The position numbers and the translations under genes are program-made. DNA of 63,748 nucleotides, counting the filler, from a bacterium (GTDB lineage Bacteria; JAJRZV01), in the NCBI GenBank assembly GCA_024275095.1. It is 6 parts of 6 records of this genome, joined end to end, with 100 filler letters (N's around TTAATTAATTAA, not from the genome) between each part and the next. Parts side by side here need not be neighbours in the genome. Positions count along the whole stretch, not along the records: positions 1 to 17,197 come from JAJRZV010000060.1; 5 more parts are not named here. One strand, given 5' to 3'. This document shows, one piece after another, positions 1 to 9,651 of the stretch. A model generated the notes under the pieces. That model worked only from the letters and a program-made list of their open reading frames with translations, was not told the DNA's origin and did not search any database. Numbering within the stretch: position 1 is the first letter of the stretch; every line of letters starts with the position of its first letter.

Positions 1-378
1 AGCAAGACAGGCTCTTGAAGATTTCAAAATCAAATTTCAGCGCATTTATCCGAAGGTGGTGAAGCTCTGGGAGGAAAATTTTGATGATCTCCTCAGATTC
101 CTTGAATTTCCCTTTGAAATCAGAAGATTCATCTACACGACCAATCAGCTTGAAAGACTGTTTGAAGAAGTAAAACGCAGGCTTAAGGTGATGGAAATCC
201 TGCCTGATGAAGAAAATGCTGACAAAATTCTCTTCCTCATATTCCTGGATGGGGTGAGAAAATCTCAAAAAGGAAACTTCCTGGTTTTGAATTTGTATTT
301 TCTGATCCTTTTCATTCTCTTGCCCGGGAGGTTGTATGATGATTAAATATTTTGAGATACAATTGGAGAAACACTATG
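1..378 (+). mobile_element. IS256-family insertion sequence, 3' end (transposase C-terminus, frameshifted near 250, plus putative right end)
   Basis: FLEFPFEIRRFIYTTNQLERLFEEVKRRLKV is the IS256/Mutator C-terminal signature. A shifted frame continues WGEKISKRKLPGF. AGATACAATTGGAGAAACACTAT (355-377) resembles IS256 right ends. Confidence 0.8.
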
Positions 379-504
379 GAAAATTGAGAAAAAATTTCAG
401 GTTGAATGACTTTTTATCTTATTCAAGTTATCCAAATTTTAGGGGATTAAAACAACTCCAGTGCTTGCATGTACAAAATGTGAAAAAGCGAGGGAATCAA
501 TTCT

Positions 505-1470
505 TCAGTAAAGGAAGCAGGCAACCTTGTGGCCGGGTTTCACTTCCTTGAGTTCTGGTGTGGTTCTGTCACATTGAGGGAGGCGCTGAGGGCAGCGGGG
601 ATGAAATGAGCAGCCAGGAGGTGGATTCTCGGGTGAGGGTACTTCTCCGGGCAAGATGATTTTCTTTCTTCCGGTTTTTTCATCCAGGGTGGGAATGGAG
701 GAGATGAGGGCCTGCGTGTATGGGTGGAGGGGATTGTCCATCACTGCTTCGGTTGAACCCTCTTCCACGAATTGTCCCAGGTACATTACTGCGATGCGAT
801 GGCTGACGAATTCGATAAGTCTTAAATCATGGGAGATGAAAATATATGCCATGTTAAATCGTTCCTTGAGGTCAAGAAAGAGGTTCACAATTTGTGCCTG
901 CACAGACACATCCAGTGCGGATGTGGGTTCGTCGGCGAGAAGAACGTCAGGGTTGAGTATAATCGCCCGTGCTATTGCAATTCGCTGACGCTGTCCACCG
1001 CTGAATTCATGGGGGAATTTTGCCATGTCATCCTCATGCAGACCTACCAGGTGAAAGATTTCCCTTACGCGTTGCTTTCGCTCTTCACGTGAACCCATAC
1101 GGTGCACGATGAGGGGTTCTTCCACGGCATAACCTGCGCGCATGCGTGGATTGAGGGATGTGTACGGGTCTTGGAATACCATCTGTATGTGTCGCCGTGC
1201 CTGCCTGAGCTGTTTGCCTTTCAACCCGAGGAAATTCATTCCGAGAAGCGTGATGTTGCCACTGTGGGGTTCAACCAGCCGTAGAATTCCCCGTGCGAGG
1301 GTGGATTTACCACATCCTGACTCACCCACCAGTCCCAGCACTTCGCCCCTGTGAAGCGAAAAACTCACTCCTCTTACAGCCATGACAGGGGGACGTTTTG
1401 AAAAGAAACCACCTGGCCTGTGGTAGTACACGTGCAGATTTTCTACCTGGAGCACCACCTCGCTGTTCAT
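505..1470 (-). CDS. oppF: Oligopeptide/dipeptide ABC transporter ATP-binding subunit
   Basis: GESGCGKS, FSGGQRQRI, ADEPT and the C-terminal HPY/CxFHPRC domain. Start set at MNSEV, which forms an ATGA overlap with the oppD stop. Confidence 0.9.
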   Translation of the reverse strand: MNSEVVLQVENLHVYYHRPGGFFSKRPPVMAVRGVSFSLHRGEVLGLVGESGCGKSTLARGILRLVEPHSGNITLLGMNFLGLKGKQLRQARRHIQMVFQDPYTSLNPRMRAGYAVEEPLIVHRMGSREERKQRVREIFHLVGLHEDDMAKFPHEFSGGQRQRIAIARAIILNPDVLLADEPTSALDVSVQAQIVNLFLDLKERFNMAYIFISHDLRLIEFVSHRIAVMYLGQFVEEGSTEAVMDNPLHPYTQALISSIPTLDEKTGRKKIILPGEVPSPENPPPGCSFHPRCPQRLPQCDRTTPELKEVKPGHKVACFLY

Positions 1471-2417
1471 TGCTGATGCCCCCAGCACCTGACCCAGCGA
1501 CCAGGAGCAATCTCCACCAGAGGTGGCTCCTGGTCGCATTGAGTGTAACGTTCTTTGCAGCGGTCTTTGAACGTGCAACCTGAGGGAAGGTCCCATAGCG
1601 GAGGCACATTTCCGGGAATCTGGGGTAAACGCTTATGTCCACGTCGAGGGATGGATTTCATGAGTCCCTGGGTGTAAGGGTGTAGAGGGTTGTTTATCAC
1701 ATCGTTTATTGGCCCCCTTTCCTGAATGCGCCCGGCGTACATGATGACTATTATGTCAGCAATCTGGGCCACCAGCTCAATGTTGTGAGAGATGAATAGA
1801 ATAGACAGCCCCCTCTCTTCCCTGAGATGTACAAAGAGGTCCATTATTTGGGCTTCCACTGTGACATCCAGTGCGGTTGTCGGCTCATCAGCAATGAGAA
1901 GCGATGGGTCTGCTGCAACAGCCATTCCGATGACAGCTCTCTGGCGCTGGCCGCCTGAGAGCATGTGTGGATAGGCATGGTAAAGTTCAGGGGGAAGTCC
2001 AACCTGCTTCATGATGTCTTTAACCCGGTTCATGGCTGTTTTACGAGACAATCCATAGTGAATAATGAGTGGCTCGGCTATCTGGTATCCAATGGAAAAT
2101 ACAGGATTGAGAGCTGCCCCTGGTTCCTGAAATACCATGCCGATTTCGCGACCTCGAAATCGCCTCATTTCTTTTTCAGGCAGAGAAGTGAGTTCCGTAC
2201 CTTTGAACCAGATTTCTCCTTCGAGGATGTGCGCCCCTTCGGGCAGGAGTTGCATTATGCTCAATGCTGTAAGGGTTTTGCCTGATCCACTTTCACCTAC
2301 AAGCGCAAGAACCTCCCCCTCCCCGATGCTAATATGAAGGTCTTTTAAAACAGAAAAACTCCGGCCAGGCAGGTTGAAATCTACCCGCAGTCCCCTGATG
2401 TTCAGAAGAGGCTCCAA
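1467..2417 (-). CDS. oppD: Oligopeptide/dipeptide ABC transporter ATP-binding subunit
   Basis: GESGSGKT, LSGGQRQR, ADEPTTALD, PLHPYT and a Cys-rich tail. Confidence 0.9.
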   Translation of the reverse strand: MEPLLNIRGLRVDFNLPGRSFSVLKDLHISIGEGEVLALVGESGSGKTLTALSIMQLLPEGAHILEGEIWFKGTELTSLPEKEMRRFRGREIGMVFQEPGAALNPVFSIGYQIAEPLIIHYGLSRKTAMNRVKDIMKQVGLPPELYHAYPHMLSGGQRQRAVIGMAVAADPSLLIADEPTTALDVTVEAQIMDLFVHLREERGLSILFISHNIELVAQIADIIVIMYAGRIQERGPINDVINNPLHPYTQGLMKSIPRRGHKRLPQIPGNVPPLWDLPSGCTFKDRCKERYTQCDQEPPLVEIAPGRWVRCWGHQQ

Positions 2418-2429
2418 ATCGGCGTCCGC

Positions 2430-3134
2430 TTACTGTAATTCCTCTTCGATTTCTGTGACAGTAATATAACCTTTTTTTATGAGAACTAAAAGAAGGGCGC
2501 GAACCAGTTCATCGGAAGTGTATTCCCATATTGACCTCAGGGGAGCAGAATGTTTTTTTTCTTCCTTCTCGTGTTCCGCACGTGCATCTGCTTTGAGGAA
2601 TTCTTCGTCAGTGGCGATCACAAGCTCCGGTTCCTCTCCTTCTGTTTTGCTCACGGTTTGTTCCTTGAGTGCTTCCCAGGGGGGGACCGGGTGACCCTCG
2701 TAGTAGTATTTTATGGCTGCCTCCAGTGCTGTATCAGTGGCTACCACCGGCTGCACACGCATGCCGGTGATGAAGGCTATTTCGTCAATGGCTGATACGT
2801 TGGTCGGGTCTGAGACCGCTACAAACAGCACCTTTTTCCCTTTCTCTGTTTTTATCCCTAATGGTACCACGCGCAGTCGTTTGGCCTTCTCAGGAGAAAG
2901 AAGTTTAATTATCTGAGGCTGCACGCGAAAACGCGTAAAATCCACCTTTGGGAGTTTAAAATGCCTGGATAAAAAATCCAGTAGCTGACGCTCGGTTAAA
3001 AAACCAAGTTTTACTAAGTTTTCTCCCAGGCGCCCACCCCAGTTTCTCTGGTGGGCCAGTGCAGTAGCGAGCTGGCCCTCGTCTATCAGGCCTGATTCTA
3101 TGAGAAGCTCACCGAGTTTTTTTCGAAGCTGCAT
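2430..3134 (-). CDS. Stand-alone MshEN / T2SSE N-terminal domain protein (putative c-di-GMP receptor)
   Basis: Tandem KLGELLIESGLI..QL..AL.HQ and RLGENLVKLGFL motifs, then SDPTN; no ATPase domain. Confidence 0.85.
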   Translation of the reverse strand: MQLRKKLGELLIESGLIDEGQLATALAHQRNWGGRLGENLVKLGFLTERQLLDFLSRHFKLPKVDFTRFRVQPQIIKLLSPEKAKRLRVVPLGIKTEKGKKVLFVAVSDPTNVSAIDEIAFITGMRVQPVVATDTALEAAIKYYYEGHPVPPWEALKEQTVSKTEGEEPELVIATDEEFLKADARAEHEKEEKKHSAPLRSIWEYTSDELVRALLLVLIKKGYITVTEIEEELQ

Positions 3135-3194
3135 GGTTCAATTTTAACATGTTTCCAACCTAAAAACCAAGCATCTGAAAAAAGTGGAGCGCCT

Positions 3195-3845
3195 TTATCC
3201 CTGAAATTTATGCTTTTTTGCGTGAGCAGAGGCGCTGGTATCTTCCTTGCCAAGCAGCTCTTTCATGCGACCTTCAGTACCCTTGGCAATTCGTTGAAGA
3301 TTCTCCCTGTGAGTATAAAAAAGAAAGAACATGACAAAATAACAAAATACGAGACTGGCAAGGCCGGCGTCTACGGTGGCTGCGTATATGGGCATGAGGG
3401 AGGCGGCGGTAAGTGCTCCAAAGGATGAAATGCGGGTGCCGAGAAATCCCAGGAGCCAGAAAAGTACAAATCCACCTCCTAGCAGAGGGTTCGCTCCCAG
3501 CAACGCTCCGATTGTGGTGGCCACGCCTTTGCCACCCCGAAACTTCAGAAAAATACTGAAACAGTGTCCGAGTATTGCTACAGTTCCTACCAGAAGGGCC
3601 TCTTTATAGCCCAGATACACAAGTGTCAGATATGTGGGTACCAGTCCTTTGAGGGCATCGAGCAGCAGTGTCAGAGCCCCCCATTTTTTGCCCAGGTTGC
3701 GCGTGACATTGGTCGCGCCGATGTTGCCACTGCCAACCCGTGTAATATCCACTCCTCTGAAGCGGGCAATGACGAGACCGAATGGTATTGACCCTATCAG
3801 GTAAGCCAGAAATGCTGCGACTATCAATTCCCAGTAAATAACCAT
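3195..3845 (-). CDS. plsY: Glycerol-3-phosphate acyltransferase PlsY
   Basis: YLIGSIPFG, GSGNIGATN, GH..FRGGKGVAT, HRENL.R. Confidence 0.95.
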   Translation of the reverse strand: MVIYWELIVAAFLAYLIGSIPFGLVIARFRGVDITRVGSGNIGATNVTRNLGKKWGALTLLLDALKGLVPTYLTLVYLGYKEALLVGTVAILGHCFSIFLKFRGGKGVATTIGALLGANPLLGGGFVLFWLLGFLGTRISSFGALTAASLMPIYAATVDAGLASLVFCYFVMFFLFYTHRENLQRIAKGTEGRMKELLGKEDTSASAHAKKHKFQG

Positions 3846-3847
3846 AA

Positions 3848-4045
3848 TTACCTCTCCTGTTGGGGTTCGTCGAATGTTTTACCTGCAATGGCGTAATTTT
3901 CTTTTTCCATTTCCTCTATAACTACAATCACATCTTCGGGAGTCACGTTTACTGTTTCACATACGGCTCTTGTAACTTCCTGTACCAGCGCTTTCTTTTG
4001 CTCTTTGCTTCTCCCTTTAAACATTTTTACTGTTACAAGAGGCAC
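3848..4045 (-). CDS. 4-oxalocrotonate tautomerase family protein
   Basis: N-terminal Pro, GRSKEQK, 65 aa, AGGAGG upstream. Confidence 0.9.
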   Translation of the reverse strand: MPLVTVKMFKGRSKEQKKALVQEVTRAVCETVNVTPEDVIVVIEEMEKENYAIAGKTFDEPQQER

Positions 4046-4160
4046 CCTGCACCTCCTTAGAAAGTATTTTTTACTGTATTGTATTCATAATACACTCAGC
4101 ATCTCGCCTGTGGAAGAGTTGCAACAAACTCCTGCTCTCTCTGTTATACTCTTTACAGGG

Positions 4161-4829
4161 ATGCAGGATGTAAATACAGACCAGCGGGAAATTTTGAAAA
4201 GAGTTCACGAGGAACTGAAGTCGTTGTATGGAACTCCACGGCTTCACAGAAGAGATTTCAACGAGGTAATGCTCAGGACCATTCTTTCACAGAATACCAA
4301 TGATGACCTCAGGGATCGTGCATATCTTCGGCTCAAGAGACGTTTTCCACGACTTGAGGATCTGGAGAAGGCGTCGGTGGAAGAGATCGTTGAGGTTATC
4401 AGTGTTTGTGGATTGGCGCGTCAAAAAGCACAGACCATTAAAAATTATCTTGCTTGGCTCCGCCGTAAATACGGGAGATTGCGTCCAAGAGGAATATGTG
4501 ATGAAAACACACAGTCTCTTCTTTCAGAGCTTCTCAGCATCAAGGGCGTGGGTGAGAAAACAGCGCGTGTGGTCCTGGCCTTTGCCTGCGGGAGGGATAT
4601 GTTTCCTGTGGATACCCATATTCATAGGGTGTTGAAGCGGCTCGGGGTTATTCCTTCAAATGCCAGTCGTGAACTTGCCCATAAACTCGTGCCGGATCTT
4701 CTTCCTGAAGGAGTATCAGCAGCGCTTCACCTCAATCTCATCCGTTTCGGGAGGGAAATATGTCAATCAAGAAAACCTCGGTGTGCCTCCTGTCCATTTT
4801 CATCCTTTTGTCCTTCATTCTCTGCATAA
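4161..4829 (+). CDS. nth: Endonuclease III family HhH-GPD DNA glycosylase
   Basis: ILSQNT, LLSIKGVGEKTA, PVDTHIHRV and the C-x6-C-x2-C-x5-C Fe-S loop. Confidence 0.88.
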   Translation: MQDVNTDQREILKRVHEELKSLYGTPRLHRRDFNEVMLRTILSQNTNDDLRDRAYLRLKRRFPRLEDLEKASVEEIVEVISVCGLARQKAQTIKNYLAWLRRKYGRLRPRGICDENTQSLLSELLSIKGVGEKTARVVLAFACGRDMFPVDTHIHRVLKRLGVIPSNASRELAHKLVPDLLPEGVSAALHLNLIRFGREICQSRKPRCASCPFSSFCPSFSA

Positions 4830-6232
4830 GCAAGGAACAGGTTTTCGCTGCACAGTGGTACCTCTACTCCGGTGCTTCTGCACGCGGTGCTGTCACTCGA
4901 GGATTCGAGGGTGTACTGGCCGAATTCGTGCCCGAAGACGAGCGCATTTATGGATATGTCCAGGCTCAGGCAGAAGTGAACTGGAATCGGTTAGGAGGGG
5001 TTTTATCCCTGGGTACATGGGAGATTTCGGAAGACACTATAGAATCCGGTGCATTGCTTGATCGCACGGAGAATCGGTTGTTCATTGATGAGATGTATTT
5101 CTATTATGGGGATGATGAAAAGAATTTTTTTACTTCACAGATTGGCTGGACGAACACGGTAATTCTCGACGGATATATTCTGGATGATTATTATCCGGGA
5201 GGAACACTAAGGTTTAACTTTTTACGTGGAGAAAAGCAGCTTTCTTTGGAAGGCTATGTCTGTAAAGTAGAAACTGACTCACTCATCAGCGGGAGCAAGT
5301 CCTTTATTAGTGGTACACAATTAACGTATTCGGCAAAGCCGTCGGGGCTTACTCTAAAGGGTGGTTTCCACGTACTTATTGAGCGTGATGACTATACCAA
5401 GCAGTTTCTCAATGAAACCTTTTACACCTTTCTGCTGGCAGCGCGTGAACTTATTATGAAAAGACTGCTGGAGAAAACACAGAATTCTGCGTTAGCTGAA
5501 TATATGTATTATCAACTTCTCACTTCCGAAGTGGTTAAAGAAGCAAAGGCCGATATTTACTGGATTACCACACGTCTTCAATGGACAGGGGAAAACTGGG
5601 ATTTTTCCTTACTCGGCGCTATTGATACAGGCACGGGCCGGGTTCATACCGAAATGCCCACGTCCACAGGAGGGGTCGTTGAATCTGATAAGGACATTAT
5701 CTTTTTCGGGTACATGTGGAAGGGTGAGGTGTCCTGGAAATTTCTCGAATGGATGAAAGCTTCCCCTGCTTTGTTGTGGATGAGTGGAAGTGCTGATTAC
5801 TATCGCCGTATTATTGAAAGCGGGAGGGTGGACGCATTCCTTTCCTTCCGACCACTTATTTACGACTCCGCAGTGTTTTTCCAGCAGGGTCTCAACCTGG
5901 GCCTGCACTCTTCTGCTCCTGTTACTGCTGGTCTGTTCGGGACAGGTCTTGTCGTTCCACAGCTTTCGTTTGAAGCCACATTGTGGAAGAGATTTGAGGT
6001 GACATTAAGCAATATTGGCATTTTTACAGAGAAAAAGCCCTCAGAAGCCCCGAGTGCTTTCATAGGATATGAGATGGATTTTCTTTTGCAATGGAACTTC
6101 TGGAAAGATTTTTCCCTCTCCACAGAACTGGATGTTTTTGTTCCGGGTGGTTTTTTTAAAAACACAGGTGGCACGGGGGTAATGTGGACACTTGGTCTGG
6201 ACTGGGCGGTGGAAGGAGAAGGTTGTTTTTAG
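4760..6232 (+). CDS. Putative outer-membrane beta-barrel protein
   Basis: Signal peptide, aromatic-rich alternating strands, C-terminal GYEMDF...FVPGGFF reminiscent of alginate-export-like barrels, terminal Phe. Confidence 0.55.
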   Translation: MSIKKTSVCLLSIFILLSFILCISKEQVFAAQWYLYSGASARGAVTRGFEGVLAEFVPEDERIYGYVQAQAEVNWNRLGGVLSLGTWEISEDTIESGALLDRTENRLFIDEMYFYYGDDEKNFFTSQIGWTNTVILDGYILDDYYPGGTLRFNFLRGEKQLSLEGYVCKVETDSLISGSKSFISGTQLTYSAKPSGLTLKGGFHVLIERDDYTKQFLNETFYTFLLAARELIMKRLLEKTQNSALAEYMYYQLLTSEVVKEAKADIYWITTRLQWTGENWDFSLLGAIDTGTGRVHTEMPTSTGGVVESDKDIIFFGYMWKGEVSWKFLEWMKASPALLWMSGSADYYRRIIESGRVDAFLSFRPLIYDSAVFFQQGLNLGLHSSAPVTAGLFGTGLVVPQLSFEATLWKRFEVTLSNIGIFTEKKPSEAPSAFIGYEMDFLLQWNFWKDFSLSTELDVFVPGGFFKNTGGTGVMWTLGLDWAVEGEGCF

Positions 6233-6277
6233 AATAGAAACTTTTTTGGCTGGAGATTGTTTTATATAGTGGATGCA

Positions 6278-6823
6278 ATGGACAGTGATACAAAGCTGAT
6301 GATGAAGGTAAAGAATGATGATGAGGAGGCTTTCATGATTTTGTTCGAGAAATACTCGCCGCGAATTCTTGGATACCTCATGCGCAATGGAGCTTCTCGC
6401 GTAGAAGCTGAAGAAATTGTTCAGGAAGCCTTTTTGCGTGTATGGAGTGAACGCCGCCGTTTCAGACCGACGGGTACCTTTCAGGCGTGGCTTTATACCA
6501 TTGCCTCCCATATCCTCATAAATGAGAGGAAACGGTGGTCAAGGGAAATTACAGATGAACAGCAAATGCTTTCACATCCTGAAAAGTCAGATAATGACCC
6601 GTTTTACCGGGTATCTCTATCCCAGACTGTTGGACGCGTGAAGGGGGTACTTGAGCAGATGAAACAGGAGTATCGCATGGCTGTGCTTCTTGCAGCCGAA
6701 GGGCTTTCCTACCAGGAAGCTGCCCGGGCTATGGGGCTCTCGGTTTCAGCATATAAAACAGTGCTGTTCCGAGCGAGGGGGTTGCTGCGGTCTCATTTTG
6801 CAGAGGCGGGGAGGAAAGAATGA
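6278..6823 (+). CDS. ECF sigma-70 factor
   Basis: AEEIVQEAFLRVW, FQAWLYTIA, GLSYQEAA...VLFRAR. Confidence 0.92.
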   Translation: MDSDTKLMMKVKNDDEEAFMILFEKYSPRILGYLMRNGASRVEAEEIVQEAFLRVWSERRRFRPTGTFQAWLYTIASHILINERKRWSREITDEQQMLSHPEKSDNDPFYRVSLSQTVGRVKGVLEQMKQEYRMAVLLAAEGLSYQEAARAMGLSVSAYKTVLFRARGLLRSHFAEAGRKE

Positions 6824-7263
6824 AGTGCAGCTCTGTCCAGAAATGGCTGAGCGCTTATGTGGATGGGAAGCTTGATTTTTGGCGTCAGCGACGTGTGGGA
6901 AAACACCTGCGAAACTGTGACGAATGCCAGATTGCGTTGAAACGTGAACAGGAGGCGGTCGCTGCTGTACAGCAACTGGTGAGCCACAACCCCGAAGTTG
7001 ACGCGAGATTCCGTGCAAGGTTTGCAGCACGATTTCAGGAACTTCGGAGACGCGAAAAGGAAGAGACGAGGCCCGTCACTCCGGTGCGGCGGTGGGTTCT
7101 GGCTGGCACGCTGGCAGGGGTAATGGCTGTATGTGCAATTGCAGGTGTTTACATTGTTCATTCGAGGATTCAACCTGTGGATGAGAAAGAGTTGCTTCTC
7201 AACCTGGACCTCTACGAAAACCTGGATGTCATTATTAACATGGAACGCATGAAAGGAGGTTGA
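6820..7263 (+). CDS. zf-HC2 zinc-binding membrane anti-sigma factor
   Basis: C...LSAYVDG...HLRNCDEC (HxxxCxxC), one TM helix, ATGA overlap with the sigma gene. Confidence 0.85.
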   Translation: MKCSSVQKWLSAYVDGKLDFWRQRRVGKHLRNCDECQIALKREQEAVAAVQQLVSHNPEVDARFRARFAARFQELRRREKEETRPVTPVRRWVLAGTLAGVMAVCAIAGVYIVHSRIQPVDEKELLLNLDLYENLDVIINMERMKGG

Positions 7264-7267
7264 AAGG

Positions 7268-7471
7268 ATGACAATATGGGCCCTGGCAGCAGTGTTGCTG
7301 ATAAACGGTGGCGCAAAAGCGCCACCGGCGGAAAAGCAATTGACGCTTGAGGAACTAAGGGCAGTGGAAATGCTGGAAATACTGGAGAACCTGGACGTGC
7401 TTCTCGATGACTCTTTTCAGGAGAAAGCCACTGCAATTTCTTCTGTGAAGGCCCGGGAGGAGAAAAAATGA
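7268..7471 (+). CDS. Small exported acidic protein
   Basis: Hydrophobic N-terminus, EMLEILENLDVL motif, GGAGG upstream, ATGA overlap with the next gene. Confidence 0.65.
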   Translation: MTIWALAAVLLINGGAKAPPAEKQLTLEELRAVEMLEILENLDVLLDDSFQEKATAISSVKAREEKK

Positions 7472-8739
7472 AGGTACTGAAAACATTGTTGATTACAGGA
7501 CTGTTATGTGCAGCCAGCAGTGTTTATGGAGATGCTATTCCTGTGATTACCCGTGTTGAAGGCAGTGTGATGGTTTCTCTTAATGGCGCTTCTCACACGC
7601 CTGAAAGTGGTGAAAGAGTCGAGTGGGGTTCGGTTATTACCACTGGGGAAAATGCTACTGTAACACTGGAGACTCCAGACGGTAGTGAAATAACACTTTA
7701 TTCCCATTCACGACTCATGGTTGATGCATCCCTTATTGAGTCACGCCCACGTGTCATTCTTTCCTATGGGACAGTCTTCCAGAAGGTGGCAAAATTCTTC
7801 TCACGAATGGTGAGTTTCCGGGTGTTTTCTCCTTCAGCGGTATGTGGCGTCAGAGGTACGGAGTTTTACGTAGAGGCGGGGCTTGATGGTTCGTCCATGG
7901 TGTATGTGAAAGAGGGCAAGGTTGAAGTCGGGGGGGAACTATTAAAAGCGGGTGAGGCCCTTGAAGTTATCTGGAAAGACAACGGCTGGTTCAAGCGTCG
8001 CAAGAGAATGGAAAAGTACGCTCCCGGAGCCTGGGCGAGGAAGCATCACACACTTCCACGTGATATTGTCCGCCGGCTTATTGAAAGTGATAGGGTCAAT
8101 TTAAAAGAGGTGGAAAAGAGACTGCGTGAATCCCTGAAAGATGGGAAGGTTGCAGAGGGCAGGGCAGGTGACCTTGTCAAGGCTGAAATAGATGCGGGCC
8201 GATGGATGTCGCGCTTGATGCTTCTTTCTTCCAAGCCCTGGAAGGAACGTCTCGGTCCCAGGGCGAAGGCCTTTGTAAAAAAAGAGCTCAAGCGCACACA
8301 GAAAATTGCCAAGCGCATGAGACGGTTGCCTGTGCGAGTGCGACATGCTGTGGAAAGAGAAATGCGGCTTGTGAATATCCCTCACAAGATACTCGAGCGT
8401 TACCTTTCCATGAAACCTGAGGAAAGACGCCAGCTGATACAGCGTTTGAAAAAGTGGAAGTCGCTGACACCTGAACAGAGGGCGCGCGTGGTTCGCAATT
8501 ATATACGATTCAAAAAAATGCCACCGAAACTTCGCAAACGCATTATTGAAAATTACAAACGATTCATCAAGCTTCCCCCGGAAGAACGACGCAGGATTTT
8601 ACAGCTTTACCGCAAGTGGAAACAATTGCCGCCTGAGGAAAGGGAGCGCCTGCGGCAACGTTTTCGCGAAATGAAGCAGAAGAAGAAACATATGCCGCCA
8701 CGAAAAAAAGGTCGTCCGCCAAAGCCCAGACACCGGTAA
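7468..8739 (+). CDS. FecR-domain protein with C-terminal DUF3106-like basic repeats
   Basis: Signal peptide, SPSAVCGVRGTEFYV (FecR), then five 18-aa [WFY]xxLPPEERxR repeats. Confidence 0.8.
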   Translation: MKVLKTLLITGLLCAASSVYGDAIPVITRVEGSVMVSLNGASHTPESGERVEWGSVITTGENATVTLETPDGSEITLYSHSRLMVDASLIESRPRVILSYGTVFQKVAKFFSRMVSFRVFSPSAVCGVRGTEFYVEAGLDGSSMVYVKEGKVEVGGELLKAGEALEVIWKDNGWFKRRKRMEKYAPGAWARKHHTLPRDIVRRLIESDRVNLKEVEKRLRESLKDGKVAEGRAGDLVKAEIDAGRWMSRLMLLSSKPWKERLGPRAKAFVKKELKRTQKIAKRMRRLPVRVRHAVEREMRLVNIPHKILERYLSMKPEERRQLIQRLKKWKSLTPEQRARVVRNYIRFKKMPPKLRKRIIENYKRFIKLPPEERRRILQLYRKWKQLPPEERERLRQRFREMKQKKKHMPPRKKGRPPKPRHR

Positions 8740-8743
8740 AACC

Positions 8744-9229
8744 ATGAAGAGCCCGCCTGCTCTACTCTCGGTCTTCGAGGTGAAACGTGTGGCGTCCGAG
8801 CTCAAAAAAGACGGAAAACGAATCGTGTTTACCAACGGGTGCTTTGACCTTTTCCACGCAGGCCATGCAGCCCTGCTCGCCTTCGCCAGGTTGCGTGGTG
8901 ATGTGCTCTTCGTGGGGCTCAACTCGGATAATTCTGTCAGGCGCATAAAAGGACCTGGCCGTCCCCTTCAACCTCAGCTTCTCCGCGCACAGGTGTTGCT
9001 CGCATGCCGCCACGTGGATTATGTGGTTATCTTTGAGGAAGATACCCCTTTCAATCTCATACGCATTTTGAAACCGCATGTGCTCGTCAAGGGTGCTGAT
9101 TGGAAGGGAAAAGAAGTGGTGGGAAGCACTATTGTACGCGAGTCAGGTGGTGAGGTTGTTTTTGCGCCGCTGGTAGAAGGCTTATCCACGTCAGCCCTTA
9201 TTGAAAAGATACGGAGAGGTTCGGGTTGA
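8744..9229 (+). CDS. rfaE2: D-glycero-beta-D-manno-heptose 1-phosphate adenylyltransferase
   Basis: VFTNGCFDLFHAGH, VGLNSD.SV..IKG..RP, LVKGADW, STSALIEKI. Confidence 0.9.
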   Translation: MKSPPALLSVFEVKRVASELKKDGKRIVFTNGCFDLFHAGHAALLAFARLRGDVLFVGLNSDNSVRRIKGPGRPLQPQLLRAQVLLACRHVDYVVIFEEDTPFNLIRILKPHVLVKGADWKGKEVVGSTIVRESGGEVVFAPLVEGLSTSALIEKIRRGSG

Positions 9230-9234
9230 CATCA

Positions 9235-9651
9235 AAAAATATAATTTTTCAGTGCATGAAGCACTTCGGTTTCCACTTTCATTAACCTGTGCATGTTTTC
9301 AAAAATTTTTTCATGGTCTATTTTTAAATATTGATGTGCAAGAACGTTTCGAAACCGCCCCAACCCTTTTAATTCCGCATAAGCTTTTCATCTATAATGC
9401 CCTGGGCTTGAAGGCGTTGACAAGTATTTCTTCGTAGGAGTCACTCGTGACTCGAAGTCTGGAGGTCAAAATGTGGTCCAGCATATCCAGAATGAATTCT
9501 GAAACAAGGAAAAGAATTCTTTTCACAGCATAGCGGGATTCTCTGCTTTTTAATATTCTTCAAGGGGAAGGTTCTGGTACTTTCGCAAATCGAGAAAGTA
9601 TTCTTCCAGTTTTGATATGCCGCGTTTCAAATATTCCCTGTCAAATACCAT
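9235..9651 (-). pseudogene. HEPN/DUF86 (HepT-like) toxin pseudogene
   Basis: Fragments in different frames: MVFDREYLKRGISKLEEY, RYAVKRILFLVSEFILDMLDHI...DSYEEIL, LKGLGRFRNVLAHQYLKID (RNxxxH). The 3' end is approximate. Confidence 0.8.

Noticed and set aside
336-551. 71-aa ORF after the IS256 fragment
   Set aside because: It spans the IS end and AT-rich spacer and overlaps oppF antisense; no family signal.
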